Source of the DNA: Eledone cirrhosa | Lineage: Eukaryota | Direction: 5' to 3' | Assembly (NCBI GenBank): GCA_964016885.1 | Contig: OZ024743.1 | Span: 29,822,001 to 29,886,000, forward strand | Length of the DNA stretch: 64,000 nucleotides | Shown here: positions 24,930 through 38,652 of the stretch, piece after piece | How the letters are laid out: every line of letters begins with the position of its first letter | Position numbering within the stretch: position 1 is the stretch's first letter | Notes under the pieces: generated by a model | Database searches by the model: none | Told to the model about the DNA's origin: nothing | What the model saw: the letters and a program-made list of their open reading frames with translations, nothing else | Program-made: the position numbers and the translations under genes

Positions 24930-27865
24930 ATTTCTTTATTTACCATAAAGGCATAAAAAGAAGGGACAAATACAAAGGGGGAGTTTACATATAATCGAGT
25001 AAAAAGGGTGTAACATGAAAATAATCGAAAATAACCTCAAAAGGGAGGGGACGTGATGGGGGATGCACACACCCCCGAAAAAGTGTGCAATCCTTTGCCC
25101 GGGGAGCACATGGAGAAGGTGCTCCCCTCTCCTTTACTTCTTTACCCACAGGATGGTATACAGAGAAGGCCCATTTACACGAGCCATTCTCGCCACTATC
25201 ACCCACCTTTCATAAAACTGCCTGTGGCCAAGCACCTCTCTCTCCATTCTTATCCTTCTTCCGACGTGATATCGGAAGAAGTAGACCAGACTATGGCCAG
25301 AGAGGAAGTTGCCTGACCTCAGACCTTTCAATCGTGTCCACCAAACAACCTCTTTCAACATGGCTATTACGCACAGAAAAACCGCCTTTGCTTCCTTTGT
25401 GAAGAGGGGAGGCGGTTTGATTGTCATCACGGATTCGGCGGTCAATTTAATCGGTGCCACCCGCAACAGCAGTCGTTCGGCATAGCCCCACAGATCAGCC
25501 ACGCCCGGACATTGCACCAATGCGTGCGCAACGGTTTCTTCGTGACACACGCATCTAGGGCAAATCTTTTTTGAGGGATCCCTGCCCGGGCGCCCGTGTC
25601 TGTAGAGCCTCTCTCGAACGGGTAGAGCCCCCCGGTAGCACTGCCAGGCCAGTGACTTCTGGAAGTTCTCCATTGGTCCTGGGCCGAAAGTCCTACCGAA
25701 CAGGCTGGCCAGTTCGTCTTCTTCCATGTCCAGCGACTCTCCAAGGGTGTCATCGCCCCTGCTAGCCACCAGCCCTCTATAGAATGATGAGGTGGATTCT
25801 CCACCGATGGCCTGGCCCGCTTGCCAGAGAGCCCTGAGCGCCTGAGCACACTCAGTTGGCCAGTCTCCCAGTTTTCCGGATCTTTGCTTGACCCAGGACT
25901 GTAGCTCGGTGAGTGAGACGAGTCTCGGAAAGGCTCGTTTCACGAACGGAGCCCACACCGGTTGACAAGTGAGGAATACCTGTAGGTGCCGTAGCCTTAA
26001 TGCGTGCCTACGCATCATCAACCACGGCATCCCCAGCCCTCCTTTCGAAGGTTGTTGGCAGCAGATGGATCTTCTCACCATAGGAGGGCGCTTCTTCCAA
26101 AGAAATTGGAAGAGCATGCGTTCCATGGTGGTGAGTGTTTCCTTAGGGCAAGGCACGACAATCAGGCGGTAGTAAGTGACGGACGCTATGTAAATGTTCG
26201 CCACCTCTGCCCGGCCATTTAGGGACATCTTACACTTGTCCCATTTCTGGGTTAGTGCAAACACCTTGTTCGTAACCTCGTTCCAGTTCTTTTCCACCTG
26301 GAGGTCCGGTCCAAACCAGACCCCAAGCAACTTTACCGGGTCCTCCGTCCAGTGTCCGACGATACCGTCAGGAGGCATCGGTCTGCCTCTCCACGTTCCC
26401 AGTTGCAGCCCGATGGATTTTTCCCGGTTCAGTTTCGCTCCTGACAACCTTTCGTACTCCTCCAGTAAGGTACCGATCGCCTCGATCTCCGAGTCGGTCG
26501 ATACCATTACTGTTACGTCATCGGCGTAGGCCGACACCGCTTTGCCCAATCCTAGTTCCAGGGGGATACCCTGCAACAACTCCAACTTCCTCAGTAAAGG
26601 CTCGAGAGTCAATACGTACAGAAGGGAGGAGAGAGGGCACCCCTGTCGAATGGATCGCGTGATTTCGGACGGCTTCGAAAGGTAGCCGTTGACCTTGATC
26701 CTAGAACAGATGTGGTTGCTATGTAAGGCAGTGATCCAGCCTCTGAAAACAGGACCGAACCCAGCCGCCGCTAGCACCGCATCCAGGTAACCATGGTCGA
26801 CCCTTTCGAAGGCCTTAGACTGATCCAAGTTGATCAGGGCCCCACCGAAGCCGGGTTTGTTGCCAACCCTCTCTATGATGTATCGCATGAGGTGGAGGTT
26901 ATCGTGAATGGACCTGGATGGGATAGCACATGTCTGCGTATCTCCCACCAGGCCACCCACGACAAGCGCCAACCTCTTTGCTAACACCTTGGCCAAAATC
27001 TTTAACTCTGAGTTTAGCAGGGTTATGGGCCGAAAATTATTTATACTATCTCCCTTGTTCTCGTCCTTCCTCACCAGCGTGACTACGCCCTTGGCTACAG
27101 AACAAGGAATTCTCCGGTTCTGCTGCCAATTGCAGTAGACCGCTTCGAGGAGTTCGGAGAAGAAGACCGGCATTGCTAAATAAAGTTCGTAAGGTATACC
27201 ATCGAGACCTGGAGATTTGCGTCTGCTGCATTGGCTCAGCGCATCTCCGATCTCATCAGCCGAGATTGGTCCCTCGCAGGACTCTGCCTCTTCGTTCGAG
27301 AGACGCGGCAGGCCGTCGAGGTATGGACGAAATCCACGCCCCCGCCCGGACCCTCGCCTCCCCCGAACAATCGGGCAATGTGCCTTTGAAAGGCCTCGCA
27401 CATCTGCTTAGGCTCCCGGATCACCCGTCCATCTTCGTCTTGCAACGACCGGATGGTGGATCGATTTCCACTCTTAGCTTCTGTCACGCGGGCCCAGCCA
27501 ACAGCTTTGGCCCCCTCATTACCTAGAGCACGTATTTTACTTCGAATGACGCAGCCTTCGTGCTTTGCATCGAAAAACTGGTTCAAGGCCGTCCTCGATG
27601 CCAGCACTCTGGCCACATCTTCGCTCTTGATTGCCTCTTCTAATTTACCTGTTAATTCTTTCTCGTTTCTATTCCTATCGGCAGCTAACATCTTGCTATA
27701 TCTTATTGATTCTGTTCTAATCTCTCTTTTGAGAGATGCCCACCATCGGTTGTTAACGATTGCACCCGTCAACCTCTCCTTAACTAATCTGCTAATCCGG
27801 TTTCTGTAAGTCTCTTTTGCCAGTAAAGAAAAATTAAGTTTCCAGTAACCGGGACCCTGCTTATG
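24930..27865 (-). mobile_element. 5'-truncated Tx1/L1-clade LINE (ORF2 from GPGYWKLN to 3' UTR), GC-rich, young
   Basis: KSPGLDG, NFRPITLLN, LDQSKAF, RQGCPLS, YADD, CPRC..ETVAH..C; ends in AATAAAGAAA then (TA)n. Confidence 0.95.
25134..27865 (-). pseudogene. Tx1 ORF2 reverse transcriptase, one apparent frameshift near 27330-27400, APE domain missing
   Basis: ORFs 27236-27772 and 25134-27401 overlap in different frames and join into an L1-type ORF2. Confidence 0.9.
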
Positions 27866-28088
27866 TGTTTTCTCGAAAAAGCGTCGTAATGTGGAGCATA
27901 AAGAGTCAATGTGAAAGAAAAAATAATGTTATTTACAGGCATAGTTCTTGAAATTAAGCAGATCAAAACGTGTTAATATAGCAAGGGTGCTTAGTTGATC
28001 CATGATGCAGGCAAATGGTGAACTGGGGTTTGATATGATTTCCTTTTCTAAAGAGTTAATATGCAGGGGGAAGCAATTCATGCTGGAT

Positions 28089-28162
<74 letters not shown>

Positions 28163-28639
28163 GAGAGAGAGAGAGAGAGAGAGATAAAGAGAGTGAGGGG
28201 TTGAGAGAAATGGTGCGGGTGTATGTGTGTGTGTTCATCTATAGCTGATGCCTACTCGTGTCTGAGTGCGGCTATATCTGAGAACAAAAGGAACCAAAGC
28301 TGACATTCAGAAAAACGTGCTATTGTCACCAATGCTGCATTAGATGCCTCATCAAACCTCGAAGTTACTCATATGTGTGGTGGCAAGTTTTCTATTTGCT
28401 TTAATATGATAGGCGTAACATGCCTTATAATGCCAGAGTGACACATGTTGGTACAGATGTCAGAGGCAAAATTCAAGGTGTATTGAGTACTCAAAGGTAT
28501 TATTTCTATGAGTATGACTTCTGCTCTGGCTCAGTATTCCAGCAGTTGACATATATATCCGCATCTCTCCCACATAAGAATTTCTTTCGAACCTCGTTCT
28601 CGTTGCAGACATTCGTATATCTATCTGTTCGCTTCACTT

Positions 28640-29090
28640 CAACATAAGCCCTAAGCGTATTTTCAAATACCATATCAGCGGTGTCAATCAGATTTCAACA
28701 CTGGGCTCTGTGAGTTGCAAGTTTTCCCATGTCTCTCTTTTGATGTTGATCTTCTTCAGTGCATTTTCAGGCATTCTTTCAAGCACCTCCTGTCTTGTAC
28801 TGCAGACATTCGCCTGATCGTGGTATCGATGCTTGGTAGGCCGGCCCACTGCACCATATTAATGTCTGGTATATAAGACTTCCATGAGATCTTGAAGATG
28901 GAGCGCAAGCATTGTTGCTGGAAATGTTCGAGTCGGTGGTTACGTCCACAGTATGTTGTTAATGTCTCATATCAATACAAGAAAGCTGAAAGCACACATG
29001 CTTGATACACCCCAACATTCGTGCGGGAGCACAGGTGCTTCTACATCTTGCCAAAAGCATAGGAAGTTTTAGACAGCTTCCTCATGAAGG
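28640..29090 (-). mobile_element. Decayed RTE LINE C-terminal fragment
   Basis: Minus strand gives VYQACVLSAFLY..ETLT and RLEHFQQQCLRSIFKISW. Confidence 0.7.
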
Positions 29091-29240
29091 GTGCCAGTTC
29101 TGGAGAGAGTAATACAGTGATAGACCAACTTTTCTTCGTTCTTGTATTAGTTATGTGAATGTATCCATATATATATATATATGTGCATTGTATTCCTACA
29201 TGCATATATATGTATATATATATATATATATATATGAACA

Positions 29241-29290
<50 letters not shown>

Positions 29291-30464
29291 TGTATATATA
29301 ATGTATTTTGCAATACACTTTATGCTTAATTAAAAGCATTTTGAAGACCGCATGCTATCGTTTTAGAGTAGTGACAAACTCACATACTTTATCTCAGCAA
29401 ACAAGGGGAGGTAAGCCGACAAGGCCTTGTTTCGCATTTATTGATGCTTATCAAGGCTAACTACTCCCTCCTGTCTACTGAGGTCGCATCCATATACCTT
29501 TTTGACAATATTCTATTCAAATGTTGCAGATGCAACGGTTTGGCAGTTAAAATATTCCAAAACTCCTATATAGTTGCATCATGTTTACATATTTATTTGT
29601 GTAAGACATTTCAAATGATTTCATCTAGTGGATATTCTGCTATATTTTGTTTAGAAAATTTAAAAAAGGAACAGATTTCAAAGGTATGTGCATCATCGAA
29701 GGAATCCTAGGTAAGAACTAAAAGTAATCACAAAATGAAAGAAGAAACTTGATTCACTATATTAAGGCTTTTTATTAAAAGGGTCACGAATTGGCTTAAG
29801 CTGATCGACCTTATATATCTGCGCAAAACTAGATTGCTGCTTTTTTAATTTAATTAAGGCATATATACATTAATTCTGAAATATAAAATATAAGGTAAAC
29901 CCGAAACAGCTGTTTTGTTTTACTTTTACACACGTTTTCCCTCAATGTTTCTGCATTGGATAATGTTGTCTTGCTTAAATAAATCTAAACACCTCTCAAA
30001 GAAACTCTGCTAAACACTCATGGTGCCATTGAACTCTGTAACCGACGTTTGCCCTCCAAGACATTGGTCGGGCCATAATACTGGCTTCCATACAATTTCT
30101 TCCTCCTGAGTTTTTGTCACAACAAATATCAAAAGAATCACTTGTCCAAGTGTTCGTGTAATGCGTTGGATTATTAATTTCTGTAGCTGTGAAAACTATT
30201 TCTTAACTAAATACCAATGCCTACTTTCATGTCATCTTAGAGGAGTAATTCAAATACAACCAATAATTCAAAACTAATAGAGAGAAGACTGATAAAATTA
30301 AAATTCCTTTGAAATTGATATATTGTTATTAAAACAAACATAAACCACAGCCAATATTAGTCATTAAACAGAGAAATATCTTTTTCTATGTTTAAATAAA
30401 AATAACAGAAAAGAAACGAATCAAACCAAAATAGCAATGATATAGTGTTTACATGAACGGACCT

Positions 30465-30630
30465 ACATCATTTTCGACGAGGAGTGTTCCAGTTGATCGC
30501 TTGACGGATGAGCCAGCTCATGAAATGAAAGGGTAAAGAGTTGACTGTATAGGCGGGTGAACACTTAAAGTCATGCTCTTGGTGATTCAGTGTGATACAG
30601 ATTATAACAAGACTGGTCTTTTAAAGGAGA
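30465..30630 (+). mobile_element. Old SINE-like interspersed repeat; related fragment at about 1535-1615
   Basis: Shared GATTCAG.(G/C)TGATACA...ACAAGA.TG.TC motif; resembles an octopus repeat from memory only. Confidence 0.4.
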
Positions 30631-30987
30631 GGCACATGTCACCAGACGGGCTTACAAACAGTTTCAATCTATTCAGTACATATGCATACTGAAATACTAG
30701 TGTGTATATGAATACACACACGTATACATATGTAGGTGTACCAAGTATTTCAGTATGCATATGTAGATGTACATTTTTAACTTAATTGTTTAAGCGTCAG
30801 TCATACAAAAGTGAGTTACAAACGAAACGAAATTTAATTTCGTTTCGTTATTTGTTTTTATCGTCTCCGCTGAACCGGTGCGTACTCACACTCTATGCAA
30901 ATTAGTCTGCCCACTACTAATTTTCATAGAAAAAGCATATAACGATATGTGCTTTTACAATTCTCCAGAAAGGCCGGTAGATAGGTA

Positions 30988-31032
30988 AATATTGCTGATG
31001 AGTTGTAACAACAACGAAACTAGTTCAATATT
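30988..31032 (+). ncRNA. Minimal type I hammerhead, predicted cut after 31025 (GUU)
   Basis: AATATTG CTGATGA GTTGT-AACA-ACAAC GAAA CTAG TT CAATATT: perfect stems I and II, palindromic stem III. Confidence 0.9.
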
Positions 31033-31454
31033 CCTTGCCTGGCTTTCTGGAGAATAGGGGGAAGGTGTTCCCCCCAAAACCAGTATGACTCTAAAAACCG
31101 GTTTGTCTGTGTGTTTACATACAGAATAGCTGGGCCGCTCACTGTAAAGCGACCAGTGAAAGACTTGGTACACCTACATATGTATACGTGTGTGTATTCA
31201 TATACACACTAGTATTTCAGTATGCATATGTAGATGTACATTTTTAACTTAATTGTTTAAGCGTCAGTCATACAAAAGTGAGTTACAAACGAAACGAAAT
31301 TTAATTTCGTTTCGTTAATTGTTTTTATCGTCTCCGCTGAACCGGTGCGTACTCACACTCTATGCAAATTAGTCTGCCCACTACTAATTTTCATAGAAAA
31401 AGCATATAACGATATGTGCTTTTACAATTCTCCAGAAAGGCCGGTAGATAGGTA

Positions 31455-31499
31455 AATATTGCTGATGAGTTGTAACAACAACGAAACTAGTTCAATATT
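31455..31499 (+). ncRNA. Second identical hammerhead, predicted cut after 31492
   Basis: Identical to 30988-31032, 467 bp downstream. Confidence 0.9.
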
Positions 31500-31791
31500 C
31501 CTTGCCTGGCTTTCTGGAGAATAGGGGGAAGGTGTTCCCCCAAAAACCAGTATGACTCTAAAAACCGGTTTGTCTGTGTGTTTACATACAGAATAGCTGG
31601 GCCGCTCACTGTAAAGCGACCAGTGAAAGACTTGGTACACCTACATATGTATACGTGTGTGTATTCATATACACACTAGTATTTCAGTATGCATATGTAG
31701 ATGTACATTTTTAACTTAATTGTTTAAGCGTCAGTCATACAAAAGTGAGTTACAAACGAAACGAAATTTAATTTCGTTTCGTTATTTGTTT

Positions 31792-31846
<55 letters not shown>

Positions 31847-31996
31847 CCCCCGTATATATATATATGTGTGTGTGTGTATGTGTGTATATATGTATTAAAA
31901 TAACAGATTAAAGTTTATTATTATTAATATAGGTGCCCCAGCATGGCCTCAGCTGGATGGCTGGAACAGGCAAAAGAGTAAGAGAGATATGTACAT

Positions 31997-32020
31997 TTAT
32001 ATAAATGTGTATGCAGGTGA

Positions 32021-32068
<48 letters not shown>

Positions 32069-32092
32069 TCTCCTGCGTACACATTTATATAA
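31997..32092. repeat. Short fold-back palindrome around (TA)n
   Basis: TATATAAATGTGTATGCAGGTGAG (TA)n CTCTCCTGCGTACACATTTATATA. Confidence 0.75.
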
Positions 32093-35091
32093 CTTTTTTT
32101 GTCGCTGGCTAATCGAGAGTCGGCGATAACCAGTGTATCTTCGTCGAACTTTGAGTTGGATGGTGTTTATTTTTAACAGATTGGATGAGAAGTGGGGGGG
32201 TGTTGGAGTTACAAAGATACAAATCGTTTTTGCCTAGTGAACATTCGTTATAATATTCCTGGGAAATCACTTTAAAGCTCAGGTTGACAAAAAAATGGTT
32301 TCAGATATATTAGCACAAAAAAATGTTGAGAAAGATTTCTAGAAATATGTTGAATCGTGTATACTTAGCCTGGGGGTTTATCGGTTCGTATGCTTCATAA
32401 TTTACGTAGTAACAGAGTGCGTATGTTTGTGCAAGTGTCATGTTGTTTCAGCACTAATACAGAGTAAAATAATACGAGAGATAGATAGTGAGGGAAATAG
32501 AAAAACAGATGTCAAAATGATCATCTCTCCTGAATCCTGCTATATGTGCTTTCCCTGGAACTATTTTACTAAAACTAGTTTTCATCTCAATTTTTAAATA
32601 GCTACTCTTGATTCTCACGCATATCCTCAAAGAGCACGGAGTATATGTAAATTTAGGCGAAAATTTCGTGAAAACTATTAAGAATTTAATATACAGTGAT
32701 TGTTGACAGAAAATTAGATTTACTACTGTAATTCGCTTGAAAACTAGTAATAGATAAAATAGGCATCGAAATAAAGAGGTCTAATTCGACCAAATGACCA
32801 ATATATAATCTCGTGAGAAAGTATGTGAGAAAATATGATTACTGTTAATCTAGTTCATTAACTCCACAGATGTTTCATTTGGTTTCTAGTGGATATACAA
32901 GCAAATATATATTCAGAACATATTTCGTCATAAAACTAAACCAGTCAAAGTTGAGAGTTGAAAGATATACATCTAAGTGCTGCGCAACGATACAACTGAA
33001 ATGAATGCTACTTTGCATTTTCTCGCGAGGTTCAAAATACATGCTCAATATGCTAATACTCATCTGAGAATGGTTTATTGTCTTGGGTATTACTTAGATA
33101 TGAAACCCAGAATGGTCTAACATTGAATCTAAGTTTTTCATCTCCTAAAAAGGTAATACAATTGAAAGAACCATATGTTCAATGTGATTTATAGATTGGC
33201 AGAATCTATATTTTGCTTATACTCACTAATTACTTTGTATATATATTTTTGTCGGAGTTTATCTTTTCAACATTTTCGCTCCATTTCTCCGACAAATACA
33301 TAGTGAGGAAATAGGTACCAGACTGAAATAGTTACTACGACTGACTTACTCGAAAATCAGTCAAAGGCAGTGCCTAAGCCTGGCAAAATTTCAATAATTG
33401 CAACTAGTAAAAGGGGAAAGCGAGTGATTACTAAACCTGAATACGAGAAAGAGGTAAATCGTTTTAACCTTACATTATCGTCATTGGATTACTCAATGAA
33501 TTCCCCAATGATAACCTCAGAATATAAACCTTCAAGTTATGGATTAATAAGCGTGTCTAATTCTTTTATAGTATAGATATACTTGACTCAGCTATCGTAT
33601 TCTCCTTTACTTTCTTCATATTCTCAACATGCGTATAACTAGCTAATAAACAAGCTAATTGACAAACAAAGCAACTAGCTTTAAATAGTTCCTTGAAATC
33701 TTTATGATTGGTGAGAAAAGTTGAGTAGCCGCTTTTAATGAGTATTCTTTCGAATTGTTTCTATCCGGGAGGTCTCATTCCTTAAATAGGCTATTTTGGC
33801 TCTGTAGGGTCAAGCAGAATTGTAGTGTACAAATAGGTTCCTGCATGCATCTCTTTTTATAAAATGTAGTGCCCCTATTCTCTATGATGCTTAGAGTTGA
33901 GTTGGGTAGAGAGAAGAATCCAGTGGTATCCCGAAGCTCAACCTTTTTGAAGGTATCTTATATTTTGAAGGCCACATTGCTCGTTGAAATGAACATCAGA
34001 ATGTTGAATACATACAGAATTTTATCATAACAAAAACGTTTGACAACTACTCAAAGAAATCAACAAACACAAACTAACTATATCTACTCTACCAGGTAAT
34101 CCGCTTCAATAACACTCCATACTACATTGGATGCTTCACAAATGGTACCATATACGATAAAAACGCCTCACGCGCAAGTTCCAATGGATTCTACATAAGC
34201 ATTAGCACTGATTTGTTTACGACAATGCAAGCCCAATACACCCAATACCAGAGACAAACGTCCTAGCGGATATTGCAACAACGTTGATGGCACTAATTAC
34301 ACCAGAGCCAAAACTATGTGTGACCTATATGTATCTGGCTTCCCACCAACTGTGGAAATGTAACTACTAAGCTGAGGGTCAAAATTGTTGCGTATGTTTT
34401 TATTGGCAGCATGACCTCCCCAAAGTATAACAATGTGTTTTTAACAATTGAGTGAGGAAATGACTAAGTCTGTGCCGTTACTCTTTGAATATATTTGTAA
34501 AGCTATTTTATATAATCTAATATTTGGACCTTCTAATGTATTTATTATGGTTCGAATTATTTATTGTTTGCAACTCTGTCTTGGTTTCTCTATTGCAACA
34601 CTCTGGTCGAGTGCTTTGGGCGAGTGCTTTTTCAATTTTGAATTCCTGCCATCGTGTTTTCTAAATATGGTCAGGTTTGGCGTACCTCCTCTTTGATGAG
34701 AACCCATGTATAATTTAGAGTCTCGGTTCACTAACATCAATGCTGTATACTAGCCGACTAAACGGACCTTTCCATTTATCGGAGGCTCACATCGGATGAA
34801 AAAGCAATTTCGAGCCAACTTACGTAATGTCTGCTGATATAACGTAATTCATGCGAAAGGTGGTTCCAGCCGGACTATTGTTAACAGATCGGAATTGCAG
34901 AAAGCAAGTCTTGGTTCGGGATCATCATATGTTAATACCATACCCACATGAAGTCGTTTGTCTTCCTGACTAACGTATGCCTGCACTCCGAATAATGCGT
35001 TTGTACTTTTAATAACAGAAAACTAATTATTGCGCGAGTGAATTTAGGACCGAGGCTGTGTCACCCCTCTTCGGCTAGCTTCGTATATTTA

Positions 35092-35161
<70 letters not shown>

Positions 35162-36638
35162 GAGAGAGAGAGAAAGAGAGAAAGAGAAAGAGAGATATAG
35201 ATAGATAGATAGAGAGAGAGAGAGTAAAAACAGGGAACAGCATAAAATGAGATTGGGGCAAGTGTGGCAGAAATTAAAGTTATCGTGTAGTTTTATAGGA
35301 TACTTTCAGAGTTAATATTGATAAAATATTCTGAATAAAATTCCGTGTAAATCTAATATGGATAAGCCGGAAGTTTGCACTAAATAGTACTTCAGTATGG
35401 TATCGATTTACGTGAGGTGTCTTTCATTAGTATTTCCTTGACTTGAGACCTCGAAGGTTCTAGCGTGGATATATAACAATATAATCGTAATTAGGTACGA
35501 GGCCAACTGCCAAAAAATTCGGTTTTCTTCATGGACATTATATTCGCCAAGCCTCGAGCAAGATTTACACGCTTAATAAATATAAGACTTTTCATTTTAT
35601 CGAGGTAACTATGAACATTTATATGTGAATTATATGAGCATGTGTATATCTTTCTGAAAACTGTGTGTGTCGTTTTGCAATAGTGTGTCTGTAATCGTGT
35701 CTGGATTGGCGTATGCTAGCGCATGTAATTAATCTTTTATAATATTTGGGAAAACGAATAGTTTCTTTCAAATCTCGCTTCCCGATCGCTTCTCCATCTC
35801 GTTTTCTAGATATATGACCACACACTCACACACACGTATGCAACCATACAAACGCATACAAACGCGCGCACACACACACACACATACAAAAACACACACA
35901 CATATACACATACACACGCACACAAACACACACACACAAATATACATACATACGCCCCCACCCCACATATATATATATATATCTGTGTACATATAACCTT
36001 TTTGGCACAGGTTTGTACTTCCAGGCAGTAATGCAAACATAGATTTTGGCTGGGTGTTTCTCTGCTAATATTGTTGTTAGGGAACCTCTCATCTGTGAGC
36101 TTCAGTTGAAAATCAAGTACTTTCAAAGATACGTTTAAGCTATTATACATGCTATTTGCCGCATCACGAAAAATATAATATCTCTTCACAAACCTTCTCC
36201 ATTTCAGAAGCAACAGAAGTTACAAACATGATAAGACCTGCGATCAAGTTGATCCATGTATTTGAATATTATTACATCAGATAGATGCCTCAAATCTATG
36301 GGCAGACTCGATAAATCCGATAAATGTATGGAGAGGAATCTAAGTTAAAGGAGGTGTCAGTTCCAACAACGTTCCTAAGTTAGTAGATAACAGAGAACAT
36401 GAGACATAAAGATTACTGGCTTCAAGACATAATGTGATCTGTGAAGAAGTTAACGACGGTGAGAGCAGGTATGGATGTGCAGTGAGAAATGACTCTCATG
36501 CTAAAGCCGTATATTATGCTTTAGTGTGCTGTGGTAAGTATCACTGAGTGAGATTTTTAATTAAGTCTTTGGAGCTGTATAACTGCCTGATAGCAGTAAA
36601 GATCATAAGAGTCATTCATCCTGGAAAGGCGGATGTAG

Positions 36639-36721
<83 letters not shown>

Positions 36722-36727
<6 letters not shown>

Positions 36728-36843
36728 CCGTGTTAAATCGGGGGTAACAACATTAAGTAAGGTGCCCAAAACATTTGTAGAAATCATCGGGTAATATCTT
36801 TCGAATTAAACAGTTCTAAACCTGTAGAGGCCATGTCTATATT
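36722..36843 (-). mobile_element. F1 mini (tail 36722-36765, inverted arm 36800-36843)
   Basis: Matches 251-295 in reverse and 176-218 directly. Confidence 0.6.
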
Positions 36844-36875
36844 ATATATATTATTATATATTATACATATATGTG

Positions 36876-37083
36876 TGTGTGAGAAAAACCACAGACCCTC
36901 CATCTCAATTCTACTTTTGAAAAGCAGAAGAACTGCGAAACCGGTAAAGGAACCAAATAAATATACATAAAAAAAAAAAAAGACTCCAGTTGAATTTTCG
37001 ATTTCATCTTCTTTCCTTATACTTTAACTCGTGTAGGACACCTCGGTTATTTTCCATTTTGTAAAAAGAAACTCACTTTCTAA
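36876..37083 (+). mobile_element. F2 3' terminal copy with U3:A8 hammerhead at 36913-36950
   Basis: Colinear with 20238-20448. Confidence 0.85.
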
Positions 37084-37428
37084 TATATATATATATATAA
37101 GAAGAAACAGGGGATGTGTAGTTGCTGGATAAGGTTACTTATAAATATGAGGAAAGTACGAACGGGACAACATTTTCTTTCATCAGTTGTCGGCTGTGGA
37201 TCATATGTGGTTATATAAGAAGACATTTGCTCAAGATGGTCCACGATGGGATTGTACCCGGGAACATTGTTGCAAAACAAAATTCTGAACTTCACAGCCA
37301 CTCCTGCACGTATGGTATCTATGATTGTTTTTTTACTACAAGATTCAGAACTCGTGAATTCACTTGACATACACACACTTACACACGCATACGCATATAT
37401 ACAATCACGTATACATACCCCCCCCGCC

Positions 37429-37497
<69 letters not shown>

Positions 37498-38054
37498 TTA
37501 TATATATAGTATTAGCATGTATGATAAGGCTTGTACAACCCCCTGTCTGATATTTGGAACAATGTAAATTCTCTGAAGAAACATCAAATATTGATCTAAA
37601 ACTTTGTTAACATGCGTGGATAAGATTCGATCATGCTTTAACATTATTAATCCTTAACATTTGCCATCTGTTGAACGGTAGAGAGTTTAAACATACTTGC
37701 AATTTTTACCACTAAATTTCATTTCTTCAATATCCTCGTCTATATATTTATGTATTTCAACAAGTGACGGTTGCACAAAATGTACTGACTCTCCTGTGTC
37801 CAATACGTTAATTGATCAAGTAAATATATCAGTTTCTGTGTGTCAGTAACAATATGAATTGATCTGGCGTTGGCCAAAAATAGTTTTCTCGTATTTACCA
37901 ATATTTGCTGTAAACATTGGCAATATTTGTTGAGGCATGACATATGAGTCTGTCCCTAGTATAACCTATATTACAGAGATGGCTTGTCAGTTAAATATTC
38001 GGTGAAAATTGGAAAAGCTACGCTGAAAAGACACTACTCCATTTTTTAATCAGT

Positions 38055-38112
38055 ATGCATTAGGCAAGTGCAATGCATTAGGCAAGTGAAATGCATTAGG
38101 CAAGTGCAATGG
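38055..38112. repeat. 18-bp tandem TGCATTAGGCAAGTGCAA x3
   Basis: Directly visible. Confidence 0.85.
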
Positions 38113-38652
38113 TTCCAATTCGAGGCTCGGTTAGGGTATAATATCCTCCTAACCATTTGTTACAATGTTATGAAAGATAACTGAACGAATTAGCGAGAAT
38201 ACGAGGGAGCAAGGTCAGTCTCAACTCTTTTGCTAAACAGGGTAACTCCATTGCATAGTCTAAATAGGTCACGCTCTATTTTAAAACGCATTTTCTTTTT
38301 TGACAATGCAGAATACAATACATTGAATCTTATTATATAAGGATGACAAAAATTAATATATATTTGGACACAGAAATAATTAATATATATTTAGACAGGA
38401 AAAATGACAGATATGCCTACAGATAGCATAACTGTAGGCATATATAGTATGTATGTATCTATGTATGTGAGTATGATTTATGTATGCATATTTGTATGTA
38501 TACATATATGTGAATATATGCATGTATGTATACATATATGTATATATATACATATACATATACATATATATATATATACATATATATAATATATATATAT
38601 ATAATATATATATATATAATATATATATGTATATATATATATATATATATAT

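Larger units (their letters stand above)
30677..31790 (+). mobile_element. Retrozyme-like family R, locus 2: 70-bp inverted arm (30677-30746) plus ~2.24 tandem 467-bp hammerhead units (30744-31790)
   Basis: AGTATTTCAG at 30744, 31211 and 31678; units nearly identical; one hammerhead per unit; ends in (TA)n. Confidence 0.92.

Noticed and set aside
25442-27809. Overlapping alternative-frame and antisense ORFs within the Tx1 element
   Set aside because: Shadow ORFs of a GC-rich RT coding sequence
30955-31640. Duplicated 72-aa ORFs as genes
   Set aside because: Antisense to the hammerhead repeat, no motifs, and not conserved in the other family R loci
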